Below are positions 26,035 to 37,778 of a stretch of 54,338 nt of DNA, piece after piece (the stretch's first letter is position 1; each line of letters opens with the position of its first letter). The position numbers and the translations under genes are program-made. The DNA is taken from contig NC_068998.1 of assembly GCF_001194135.2 (NCBI RefSeq), positions 27,706,084 through 27,760,421 on the forward strand, written 5' to 3'. Origin of the DNA: Octopus bimaculoides. Lineage: Eukaryota. The notes below the pieces were generated by a model. That model worked only from the letters and a program-made list of their open reading frames with translations. It made no database searches and was not told the DNA's origin.

Positions 26035-26164
26035 CAATAAAGATTCTCGTATCTTTCATCTTCCGTCTCTCTCATTAATTACATACCAAACGAACACTGA
26101 GCCACTGAAGTGCTTTACCGGCAAACTACCAGGTGTATACCATACGATTTATTAACTACTAACT

Positions 26165-26400
26165 ATATATATATTCTTTTACTCTTTTATTCTTCTACTT
26201 GTTTCAGTCATTTGACTGCGGCCATGCTGGATCACCACCTTTTAGTCGAACAAATCGATCCCAGGACTTATTCTTTGTAAGCCTAGTACTTATTCTATCC
26301 TTCTCATTGCCGAACCGCTAAGTTACGGGGACGTAAACACACCAACATCGGTTGTCAAGCGATGGTTGTGGAGAACAAACACAGAGACACACACAAATAT
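26165..26400 (-). mobile_element. SINE family A 3' half
   Basis: Reverse complement of the body and tail at 2900-3115. Confidence 0.9.
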
Positions 26401-26429
26401 ACACACATATATAGATATAGACACCTGTG

Positions 26430-27255
26430 TAGGTAATAGTGAAAAAAGTTTATTGAAAGCTGCTTGAGTCACAGCAAGATATAGGGAAACCAAAAACCCA
26501 AGCGAACTTAAAAACCAGAAAAAGAACAGAAATTATCTGACTGACAGGAAAAGGCGTTGCATGGTAGATTCCCCAAGATAGCTGCAGCAAACAATAGTAG
26601 TGAGACATAGTTATGGTTGCAGAAAGGAAAGCTGACACAAAATCAAGCGTTAAGGACTAATTCAATAAAAGCCATGATAGGCATAAACCACAGAAAGAAT
26701 ACAAGAAAAGACATGACAATCTAGGGAGAGCAATTCACTGGGAGCTATGTAGAAAGCTGGGATTTGAACATGCTGATAAATGATATGAACATTAACCTAA
26801 TAAAGTACTAGAAGGTAAGAAATATAAGATGTTGTGGGACTTTAACATTCAGACTGACAGAGTAATAGAAGCCAGAAGGCCTGATTTGGTCATAGTAGAT
26901 AAAGAGCATAGAAAGTGCCAGTTAATTGACTTTACAGTCCCAAACGATGAAAACTTTAATATGAAAAGTATAGAGAAAAATAGCGAGGACCTAGCTATTG
27001 AATTACAGAGACTATGGAAAGTGCGGGTAAAATGTATCCCAGTAGCTATAAGTGCATTGGGAACTGTTCCTAAAGGTCTGAACAGATGGATAGAGGAAAT
27101 AGGCATAAAACCCAGTTTAGTACAGCTCGAGAAAACAATGTTATTAGGGACAGCTAGGATACTTTGGAGAGTTCTTGGCATCTAAGGTTACTTGTAGCCC
27201 GATGTTAGGATTTTTTTCCAACAGTCTAATCTGTTGAGTGTACGTAAATGAAAAT
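26430..27255 (+). mobile_element. R4/Dong-like non-LTR retrotransposon 3' fragment (restriction-like endonuclease plus 3' UTR)
   Basis: HDNLGRAIHWEL; LWDFNIQTDRVIEARRPDLVIVDK..IDFTVP..ELQRLWKVRVKCIPVAISALGTVPKGL..LLGTARIL; stop at 27183-27185. Confidence 0.9.
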
Positions 27256-27796
27256 AATATATATATATATATGTATGCATGTATGTATGTATGCATGCAT
27301 GTATATATATATATATATATATATNNNNNNNNNNNNNNNNNNNNNNNNNNNNNNNNNNNNNNNNNNNNNNNNNNNNNNNNNNNNNNNNNNNNNNNNNNNN
27401 NNNNNNNNNNNNNNNNNNNNNNNNNNNNNNNNNNNNNNNNNNNNNNNNNNNNNNNNNNNNNNNNNNNNNNNNNNNNNNNNNNNNNNNNNNNNNNNNNNNN
27501 NNNNNNNNNNNNNNNNNNNNNNNNNNNNNNNNNNNNNNNNNNNNNNNNNNNNNNNNNNNNNNNNNNNNNNNNNNNNNNNNNNNNNNNNNNNNNNNNNNNN
27601 NNNNNNNNNNNNNNNNNNNNNNNNNNNNNNNNNNNNNNNNNNNNNNNNNNNNNNNNNNNNNNNNNNNNNNNNNNNNNNNNNNNNNNNNNNNNNNNNNNNN
27701 NNNNNNNNNNNNNNNNNNNNNNNNNNNNNNNNNNNNNNNNNNNNNNNNNNNNNNNNNNNNNNNNNNNNNNNNNNNNNNNNNNNNNNNNNNNNNNNN

Positions 27797-27833
<37 letters not shown>

Positions 27834-28109
27834 TTCTCTGTGTGTGTGTAGTTTACGTAATAAGCATTTAGAAACTTGAAAGATACGAAACAAATCCTTT
27901 TAATGGCTGAACACGAATAATAACATGTAGGCATTCGATTAAAAAAATACCTTTTGAATAGAACAAGTCGAAAGCTTCCCGTGAGACTCGAACCTGGGTT
28001 CGAGGCTCATAAGTAGCCTTCAACCTTTCCTGTTCGACAGATTTTTTTTATCCAAATGTTTACATGCTTATTTATGTCTTTATGTGTTTCGTGTTCGTTG
28101 TTGCAATGA

Positions 28110-28480
28110 GAAACTGGCTCCCCAACTACATGGTTCTGGGTTCAGTCTCACTGTGTGGCACCTTGTGCGTGAATTTGGTAGACAGAAACTGATAAGAATC
28201 CTGTCATATGTGTGTGTATGTGTGTCTGTGTGTTTGTGTGTGTGTGTGTGTGAGTGTGTACGCGCGCATGTCACTTGACAACAGGTGTTAGTTTGTTTAT
28301 GTCCCCGTAGCTTAGTGGTTAGGCAAAAACACCGATAGAATGTTTACTTGTTATTCTTCAGCTTAAAACCAAAAAGAACTGGAGTCGATCCGTACGATTA
28401 AAAACTCTTCAAGTTGGTGCCCCAGCATGGCCGTAGTCTGATGAGTGAAAAAAGTAACAGATAAGAGATAAAAGATGATA
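28110..28480 (+). mobile_element. SINE family A, near full length with internal deletion
   Basis: CATGGTTCTGGGTTCAGTCTCAC (B-box like), internal (GT)n, tail CAGCATGGCCGTAGTC..AAGAGATAAAAGAT. Confidence 0.85.
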
Positions 28481-28651
28481 GTCCGTCCGTCATTTCTTTA
28501 TTTGACAATGACCTAACATAAACAAATAATACATAAAAATATATATATATATTTGTTCACCTGTATTTCTATTTTACATGATTGTATGCATGCATGTATG
28601 TATGTATGTGTGTATGTATGTATGTATGTATGTATGTATGTATGTATGTGC

Positions 28652-28687
<36 letters not shown>

Positions 28688-28868
28688 NNNNNNNNNNNNN
28701 NNNNNNNNNNNNNNNNNNNNNNNNNNNNNNNNNNNNNNNNNNNNNNNNNNNNNNNNNNNNNNNNNNNNNNNNNNNNNNNNNNNNNNNNNNNNNNNNNNNN
28801 NNNNNNNNNNNNNNNNNNNNNNNNNNNNNNNNNNNNNNNNNNNNNNNNNNNNNNNNNNNNNNNNNNNN

Positions 28869-28944
<76 letters not shown>

Positions 28945-29436
28945 GTATGTATATATATACATACATGCATACACATACATATACGCTGATTTCCTAAATC
29001 AGTGTATGATTTCTTCGATAATCTCATAAATTGACAATGCGAGTTGAGTTTAACCCAAGGCGCTAGGTGCGAGCCATCGAAGAGTATTAATATAGATGCG
29101 AATTCACTGTGATCTGGCTATTCCTAGGTGCTGAGTTGGGCTTGCCTCCCTTGTCAGTCATTAAGATAAAGTGCGGATCTTTATGATTTGACGGGCAACA
29201 CTTGTTTTCTTAAGGAAACACTTTCAAACTTGGGATACTGGTAGAATGTGTCATACAAAACAACTTTTTCTCTTAGCCTTCTTAACAAAAAATTGTACAT
29301 CGCAAGTTATTTCATGTTAAAGTTGTCGTATTTCTGTAATTTCAACCAATCACTGACGTCTATTCAGCTGAATACAGTTAGTGCTGTTCGGTGTCAAGTG
29401 TGTTATTCCCTGTTTAATTATATCATTATTCCCTGG

Positions 29437-29540
29437 TAAGGGTTTAGGGTTTTAGGGTTAGGGTTCGGGTTTTCGGGTTAGGGTTTTAGGGTTAGGGTTA
29501 GGGTTATGGTTATGAGTTATAGGGTTAGAGTTATGGTTAT
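29437..29540 (+). repeat. Degenerate (TTAGGG)n telomere-like array abutting an ~820-nt gap
   Basis: TTAGGG copies plus variants TTCGGG, TTATGG, TTAGAG. Confidence 0.85.
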
Positions 29541-30337
29541 NNNNNNNNNNNNNNNNNNNNNNNNNNNNNNNNNNNNNNNNNNNNNNNNNNNNNNNNNNNN
29601 NNNNNNNNNNNNNNNNNNNNNNNNNNNNNNNNNNNNNNNNNNNNNNNNNNNNNNNNNNNNNNNNNNNNNNNNNNNNNNNNNNNNNNNNNNNNNNNNNNNN
29701 NNNNNNNNNNNNNNNNNNNNNNNNNNNNNNNNNNNNNNNNNNNNNNNNNNNNNNNNNNNNNNNNNNNNNNNNNNNNNNNNNNNNNNNNNNNNNNNNNNNN
29801 NNNNNNNNNNNNNNNNNNNNNNNNNNNNNNNNNNNNNNNNNNNNNNNNNNNNNNNNNNNNNNNNNNNNNNNNNNNNNNNNNNNNNNNNNNNNNNNNNNNN
29901 NNNNNNNNNNNNNNNNNNNNNNNNNNNNNNNNNNNNNNNNNNNNNNNNNNNNNNNNNNNNNNNNNNNNNNNNNNNNNNNNNNNNNNNNNNNNNNNNNNNN
30001 NNNNNNNNNNNNNNNNNNNNNNNNNNNNNNNNNNNNNNNNNNNNNNNNNNNNNNNNNNNNNNNNNNNNNNNNNNNNNNNNNNNNNNNNNNNNNNNNNNNN
30101 NNNNNNNNNNNNNNNNNNNNNNNNNNNNNNNNNNNNNNNNNNNNNNNNNNNNNNNNNNNNNNNNNNNNNNNNNNNNNNNNNNNNNNNNNNNNNNNNNNNN
30201 NNNNNNNNNNNNNNNNNNNNNNNNNNNNNNNNNNNNNNNNNNNNNNNNNNNNNNNNNNNNNNNNNNNNNNNNNNNNNNNNNNNNNNNNNNNNNNNNNNNN
30301 NNNNNNNNNNNNNNNNNNNNNNNNNNNNNNNNNNNNN

Positions 30338-30382
<45 letters not shown>

Positions 30383-31125
30383 CTGGTTAAAGCAGAATGT
30401 TTACTCGTTGGTCTTCAGCTACATGTTGACTCAGATTCAGCAAATTTATTTCAAACACACTCCATTTTGTACCTTCACTTCCTTTTCTTTCTTTTGTCAG
30501 CAATAGTATTTAAGAACCACGCCATTCAAGGGGTTTTAAGAGTGATCTGAGTCATATGTGATTGCGATTTCTAGCAAATTGATGGTCCACATAGAGGCTC
30601 TATATTGTGCTTGTTGCTTAGCCCTTGATCAGCCTGACAGATCAGAACTCGGACTCATCTTTTTATGTCCAGGTCTATGTTACCGAATGTTTCTTTCTTT
30701 TCATATTTCAAGACAGTAAGGGTGCGATTTGAGGTAAATATGGTTGTTAGTTCTAACAGGTCAAGCATCTGCACAGATCAAAATCGTGTGTCACGAAATA
30801 AATATATACTCTGGTATGTACGGTGTTCTTAATATTGTAATGAATAGATTTATCATGTTTAGTTAATTGTTACTTAGCCTCAGACCAACCCCGATCGCAC
30901 AGACCTTAAAACCAACGGTGTTCCAGTTATAACTGTCATATTAGTTTTTTTCAAACACGGTATTATACAGTGCTTCACGTCTTTTTTCATGTCCGTAGTA
31001 TGTTATATTTCTAGATACTTGAGCGACTACACAGACGTTTCCTATTCATTATTGTAATATTTCTTTATTGAACCTAAGGTGTTTCTCATTTAGACTTACC
31101 ATACTTTTTAATCAGGTTCATTATA

Positions 31126-31900
31126 TTGGGTTGAAGAATGATTCATGAGCATTTTTTTTTCAAATCTATTTTAAACAAAAAAAACTACAACAAATTAATC
31201 AATAATATACTTTCCGTTGTTGTTTACGACTTCCTCCTATCATTAAATAAGTTTTTCGATGCCTCGGCGATAGAAACCTCCCGGTCTTGACTCAAAGAAT
31301 TCGTCCAACCAAGCCCTCGATTATTCCACGTCATTATTGAACGGTACACCGCGCAAAGTGTTCGAAAGCGGTCGAAAGAGATGATAATCTGACGGCACCA
31401 AGTCTGAAGAGTATGGAGGATGAGGCAGCACTNNNNNNNNNNNNNNNNNNNNNNNNNNNNNNNNNNNNNNNNNNNNNNNNNNNNNNNNNNNNNNNNNNNN
31501 NNNNNNNNNNNNNNNNNNCGCTCTTCATCGAATTCAATTGGTCAACCGGTGTGTGACCCGTCCTTGAGGCCAAAATTTCCATTTTTGAAGCGGGCGGTAC
31601 TTTGAGGCATTGCTCCTTCTCCATACACAACACAAATCTCACGAGCAACTTCGGCGGTCTTAACACCTCGTGCAAAAAGCAAATGGTGTCGAAAATGCCC
31701 AGTTTTGTCCACTTGACATGCCATTTTAATGATTTGAAAATACACAAAATTTAATAAAATTAAAAAATCAAAACACACTATCTTGTAGAGCAAAAAATTC
31801 TCTTTTAAATAACATAAAACATTTTGTCAATGTGTTTTATTTCTGCGTGCATTTTTAAATTTGAAAAAGAAAAGAGCTCATGAATTATTCCTCAATCCAA
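31126..31900 (-). mobile_element. Mariner (D,D34D type) element, internally deleted or gapped, with both TIRs and TA TSD
   Basis: TIRs TTGGGTTGAAGAATGATTCATGAGC and GCTCATGAATTATTCCTCAATCCAA, each flanked by TA; peptides MACQVDKTGHFRHHLLFA..AREICVVYGEGA..RFKNGNF and LPHPPYSSDLVPSDYHLFRPL. Confidence 0.92.
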
Positions 31901-31978
31901 TATTTTACCGTTATTATTTTCGTGGGAATTTTAACTATTTATTACAATTATCTGTATGTAGATTCTACGATAACACTG

Positions 31979-32183
31979 GTTTTAAATGTTAGCACAAGGT
32001 CAGTAATTTCGGGGTGGGGGTAAGTCGATAACATCGACCCCAGTATTTGACTGGTACTGAATTTATTGACCCCGAAAGGATGAATGGTGACCTCGGTGAC
32101 ATTTGAAGTCAAAACATGAAAACGGACGAAATGCCGCTAAGCATTTTGCCCGGCGTGCTAATGATTCTGCCAGCTCGCTACCT
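31979..32183 (-). mobile_element. SINE family B with target-site duplication
   Basis: Full body; TAGATTCTA(C)GATAA flanks at 31959 and 32184. Confidence 0.9.
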
Positions 32184-32870
32184 TAGATTCTAGATAATAT
32201 TGATTTCAAATTTTGGCTCAAGGCCAGCTATTTCGGGGAGGTGGTAAGTCGTTCAGCTCGCTACCTTAGATTCTACGATAATATTGACATTATATTAGAA
32301 TTACTATAATCCCTATTATATAGAATTCTGTCTTTGCCTAAATAATATTTGTAATAAAATATTTCACTATGGCGACTTTGCCTCAAAGTAATCTTGAATG
32401 TATGACCAATTCTATAACAGTATTAATTTGGTATGAATACAATATTTATCTCAACCTAATATGAATTTTACTGCAAGTTTACAAGTATGTTACTCTCATA
32501 ATTACTAATATAATCCTTTTGTGATATTGTAAGTTGACATTCTGCCTTAATGTCCTGTATTTATTACAGAATCCCTCATTTACCTCCGAGCTACAGTCCA
32601 ATGCAACTTATTGTCAGTAAACTTTTAATATCGCATCTGTCACCATCACTAGCTCTGCTTGTCACGATCGTTAGTTGACCGACTGATATTTACCTTACCA
32701 CTTGGCTCTGTTTACTGAATACACATACATTACTAAGTCGTCTTAAAGGAATTTCTTTCCGGGCGTCATCTGGTTATCTCATTCTGGGGACAATAGCAAT
32801 TCGTATCTAGCTGAAAAAGAAGAAATGCATAGCAACCATTCCACACTAAACAGCGTCGTGAAATCGATCT

Positions 32871-33108
32871 GTGACGTCACGACATTGACAAGCGCATAGA
32901 AAGCTGGTTTCAGTGAGGAGCCCGCACGTGCGGCGAGGCGGAAGATCTCCAGTAACTGATAGTGGTGTCATTATCATCGAATAACAGAGAACAAGAAGAA
33001 AATATTAAAAGAAGTTACGTTGGGGTCGTAAAAGACGGAACAGAGAAAAGATATCAAACAAACAGAAGCTGCACCACGTGGACAGTTGGCGGACAATGCG
33101 AGGTAAGC
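32871..33108 (+). promoter_or_regulatory. Putative promoter/first exon: CRE, two E-boxes, ATG and strong splice donor
   Basis: GTGACGTCAC 32871-32880; CCGCACGTGCGG 32922-32933; CCACGTGG 33074-33081; ACA-ATG-CGA-G|GTAAGC (ATG 33096, GT 33103); locally CpG-rich non-repetitive DNA. Confidence 0.55.
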
Positions 33109-33300
33109 ATTTACATTACAAAGCCGGTCTGAACCGGAAGCAAGTATTTGAAGTAACTGAGTTATCTGAAAACGTAAGGAGTGTGCTGCGGGTGAAGTGA
33201 TATTGAAGAGTTCAGATCTAATGTAAATACAAGTTGAAGTTGTAGACGTTATTAGAAACAAAGTCAACTAAATCATACACGTATTAAACACTCATATATC

Positions 33301-33392
33301 AACAGCAACAACAACAACAACAACAGCAGCAGCAGCAGTAGCAGCATCAATAACAACAACAACAGCAACAACAACAACAACAACAACAACAA
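33301..33392 (+). repeat. (CAA)n/(CAG)n microsatellite
   Basis: Direct reading. Confidence 0.9.
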
Positions 33393-33399
33393 TTTTTAC

Positions 33400-33585
33400 T
33401 GAAGGCACATGGCCTGAAATTTGGTGTAGAGGGGACTAGTCGATTACATTGACCCCCAGTGCTCGACAGGTATTTATTTTTATCCACCCCGAAAGGATGG
33501 AAAGCAAAGTCGACTGCAGCGAATCTTGAACTCAGAATATAAAGACAGACGAAATGCCATTAAGTATTTTGTCCGGCGTACTAAT
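33400..33585 (-). mobile_element. SINE family B
   Basis: Same body as 11113-11336. Confidence 0.85.
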
Positions 33586-33586
33586 T

Positions 33587-33649
<63 letters not shown>

Positions 33650-33688
33650 TTGATGATGATGATGATGTTGATGATGATGATGATGATA

Positions 33689-33760
<72 letters not shown>

Positions 33761-33761
33761 T

Positions 33762-33808
<47 letters not shown>

Positions 33809-33880
33809 TTGATGATGATGATGTTGATGATGATGTTGATGATGATGATGTTGATGATGATGATGATGATNNNNNNNNNN

Positions 33881-33940
<60 letters not shown>

Positions 33941-33979
33941 TTGATGATGATGATGATGTTGATGATGATGATGATGATA

Positions 33980-34051
<72 letters not shown>

Positions 34052-34052
34052 T

Positions 34053-34099
<47 letters not shown>

Positions 34100-34170
34100 T
34101 TGATGATGATGATGTTGATGATGATGTTGATGATGATGATGTTGATGATGATGATGATGATGATGATGAC
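33586..34170 (+). repeat. (GAT)n microsatellite; the two halves flanking a 10-N gap repeat the same interruption pattern
   Basis: Direct reading; GTT/AAT interruptions recur after the gap at 33871-33880, so probably an assembly overlap. Confidence 0.95.
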
Positions 34171-34419
34171 GCTGCCATCAGGACGATGAAGAGGGGACGA
34201 TACAAAGACTGACATAAAGGATGAGACTCGGCAGAATCGAACGATAAAAAATCGTGCAACATGAGTATAAATCATTAAATAAGATATTACATGTCGATGC
34301 AATACTCTTGATACAGGAAGCCTTCTTGGGCTAATCTAGAATCCCACCAACCAAGCTCTCCTTTAACCCTAAGAGCGAGTGCCCTCTTTCATTAACGTTC
34401 TCTGACTTAAAAGCATATA

Positions 34420-35700
34420 TTTAGAGCGTTCCCATGCACTCGTGCCATTTTCACTCCCACCTACTGTTCGAAAACTTCACTTAAGGTCAGCACCACCCTC
34501 TTCAGCTTGCGAAACAATGGCTCAAAAGTCACTACATACAGAAGAAGCGACAGGGTCATGCTTGCAGTGCGAATCTCTTCCGACAGGTAACCGTTTACGT
34601 TGGTTACCGAATAGGTACCGATTACACTGCTACGACCCAGCCGCTGAATACAGACTTGGACCCTGTCGTTTTCAGGACGGCTTCCAAGTAACGATGACCG
34701 ACCTTATCTAAAGCTTTCCATTGATCCAAATTCATCAGGCTTCTACCGAAGTTAGCTTTGTTCCTCACAAACTCTACAATGTAATGCATAAGATGGAGGT
34801 TGTAGATCGCGCATCTTTGCGTTTGCCCAACCAGGACACTGACGACAGATGTCAACCTTTTCGCTAACACCTTAAACCAAAATCTTAAACTCTGTGTTTA
34901 GCAGAGATATGAGCCGAAAATTGTCTACGACGCCCTCTTTGTCGGCATTCTTTCTTAGCAGTGTTACTACTTTTAAGTTAGGAATTTTTCTGTTCCGTTA
35001 CCAACTGCAGTAAACATTGACCAAAAGATTACCAAAAATGTCTGGTGTAAATTCAAAGAACTCGACTGGTAGACTACCCAAACCGCACGATTTGCACTTT
35101 GTACATCCGCCCATCGCCTTCTGTATTACAGCTTTTCACAACACCTCACGTCTTCAGCCCGGAGCCACGGCAGGCCGTCAAGGTAGGGACTAAAGTCCAA
35201 TGCCGTCTTCGAAATACTCCACCTCACACTCACCAACAGTCGAGTGAAATACTGTTGGAAAGTCGCACATATCGGCACACAGCCTAGTAGTGCACACCCG
35301 TCCCGATCCATCAAAGATTTGATTGTGGTTTTTGATGCCACGACGCACCTCCGCCGTTCAGGACCATCGGACTGCTTTTGTTACCTCGTGTTTTTGCAAA
35401 CGGTTTTCGCAACGTAACCTTCATTTCTTGCGTTAAAGAAATGATGATGGGCTATTCTTTCCGATAGCAAGTCGGTTGTAATGCCTTTACTAAATGCCTT
35501 TTCTAGGCTACTAATTTGTTTTCCCGCAAACATATTTCTCTCTATCGTTAACTCTTTGCTAATTAATTCTGATCTAAACACTCTCTTCATGGCCTACCCG
35601 CCACAAGATTTTGAGGATTCCGTCAATTGCCTCTTAACTAATTCATTAATCCGGTGTCTGTAGTTTTTGCGCATCGGTAAGGACACGTAAGCTGGTTCCA
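34420..35700 (-). mobile_element. L1/Tx1-clade LINE ORF2 fragment, degenerate
   Basis: LDFSPYLDGLPWL, VVTLLRKN..DNFRLISLLNTEFKIL, LAKRLTSVVSVLVGQTQ, NLDQWKALDKVGHRYLEAVL. Confidence 0.85.
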
Positions 35701-35849
35701 GTTTATCAGACCCATTTAAGTCCACCGAGCAGATCACAAATCTGTGATCTATATAGCTGACCACTTTCAACTGTGGACATCCTACATTATACCTTTTCGC
35801 TGGCTTAAGATGACCTGCTGTTGTTGTTTCATGTATTTATATAGTAGAT

Positions 35850-36890
35850 AATATTCCTTCAATTGAAAAGGTTCAAATCTCAATTAGTAAACTTAATCTT
35901 GGAAAAGTAGCAGGAATAGATAGAATCGCAGCAGAGACTTTCAGGTTTGGAGGTTGCTATATGGCAAAATTAATGCATAAAATGATTTGTGATGTGTGGA
36001 AGATGAGAACAGCACCAAAAGCCTGGCGTGATGGTGTTATAACCCCAATTCATAAGAGGAGAGGAGCACGTGATAAATGTGGACATTCAAGAGGAATCAC
36101 GCTCTTATCCTCTGTCGGCAAAATACTTTCTGGTGTTCTCCTTGCACAAATTAAACGATAAGCTTTCATCAAATGCTCACCCAGAATGTCAATGTGGACT
36201 TAGACCAAACAGGAGCACCATGGATATGATTTTTCTGCACGTCAGATGCAAGAAAAATGTCGAGAACAAAATCTAGATTTAGTCCAGGTCTTTGTTTATT
36301 TAACAAAGGCCTTTGATACAGTGGATAGGCATGCATTATGGGAGGTTTGCGTAAGATTGGCTGCCCAGTATATTTCGTGAATAGAATAAGGTCTTTTCAT
36401 AATGACATTGATGTATTTGTTAACGTTGGCGGGGTTTTTCAGAATCTTTTAAAGTGGAAAATGGAATGAAGCAGTGAGATATTCTTGGACCAACCTTATT
36501 TTCTCTGTACTTTTCGGTTGTGCAAATGCATTCAAAGATTGCAGGGAAGATGTATATATTCATTTTAGAAGCACCGGTAAATTATTGAATTTGAGAACGT
36601 TGTCAGCAAAAACAAAGACATTTACTTTCTAATAAGAGATTTATTGTATGTAGTTGACGGTAACTTGATAACCCATTCAATCAGAGACATTCAAGACCTA
36701 ATGCTTGAACTTGATGAATCTTGTATGGCCTTTGGGCTAACAAGTTTCAACTCATTTTATGAATCTGGGATTTTTCTTCAAAACAGAAAACCGATTGTTG
36801 TAGATAAATTTACATATTTTGAAAGTGTGTTGAATTTGTTCTTTAGATGATGAAATAGCGAACCGTTTTCAAAATGCATCTCAGCTTTTC
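35850..36890 (+). mobile_element. RTE/BovB-like LINE RT fragment, degenerate
   Basis: GKVAGIDRIAAE, WRDGVITPIHKRRG..SRGITLLSSVGKIL, ECQCGLRPNRSTMDMIF, LTKAFDTVDR, GKLLNLRTLSAKTK. Confidence 0.92.
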
Positions 36891-36916
36891 AAGAATCTTG
36901 AAGGGCAACTTTTGCT

Positions 36917-36948
<32 letters not shown>

Positions 36949-37709
36949 ATGCATATATAATGCATATATAATACATACATACATACATACATACATACAT
37001 ACATAATGCATATATAATACATACATACAAACATACATACATACAAACATACATACATACTTGAGCAAAGTAAGGCTGAACTTAGTATATTGGGAAGAGA
37101 ATGCAAATCCTTAATTCACATGCTACAAATTGTGTGTGTGTGTGTGTGTGTATTTGTGTAAATGTATGTATGTATGTATGTATGTATGTATGTATGTATG
37201 TATGTGANNNNNNNNNNNNNNNNNNNNNNNNNNNNNNNNNNNNNNNNNNNNNNNNNNNNNNNNNNNNNNNNNNNNNNNNNNNNNNNNNNNNNNNNNNNNN
37301 NNNNNNNNNNNNNNNNNNNNNNNNNNNNNNNNNNNNNNNNNNNNNNNNNNNNNNNNNNNNNNNNNNNNNNNNNNNNNNNNNNNNNNNNNNNNNNNNNNNN
37401 NNNNNNNNNNNNNNNNNNNNNNNNNNNNNNNNNNNNNNNNNNNNNNNNNNNNNNNNNNNNNNNNNNNNNNNNNNNNNNNNNNNNNNNNNNNNNNNNNNNN
37501 NNNNNNNNNNNNNNNNNNNNNNNNNNNNNNNNNNNNNNNNNNNNNNNNNNNNNNNNNNNNNNNNNNNNNNNNNNNNNNNNNNNNNNNNNNNNNNNNNNNN
37601 NNNNNNNNNNNNNNNNNNNNNNNNNNNNNNNNNNNNNNNNNNNNNNNNNNNNNNNNNNNNNNNNNNNNNNNNNNNNNNNNNNNNNNNNNNNNNNNNNNNN
37701 NNNNNNNNN

Positions 37710-37778
<69 letters not shown>

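Larger units (their letters stand above)
25514..26081. mobile_element. Inverted pair of Penelope-like pseudo-LTR/3' fragments (248-bp arms, 72-bp spacer)
   Basis: 25514-25761 is the ungapped reverse complement of 25834-26081 (about 32 mismatches by manual count, ~87%); each arm has a hammerhead motif followed by AATAAA. Confidence 0.75.

Noticed and set aside
33526-34302. Poly-D/M/I/S ORFs over 200 aa
   Set aside because: (GAT)n microsatellite, probably doubled around a 10-N gap; the start of the frame lies in a SINE
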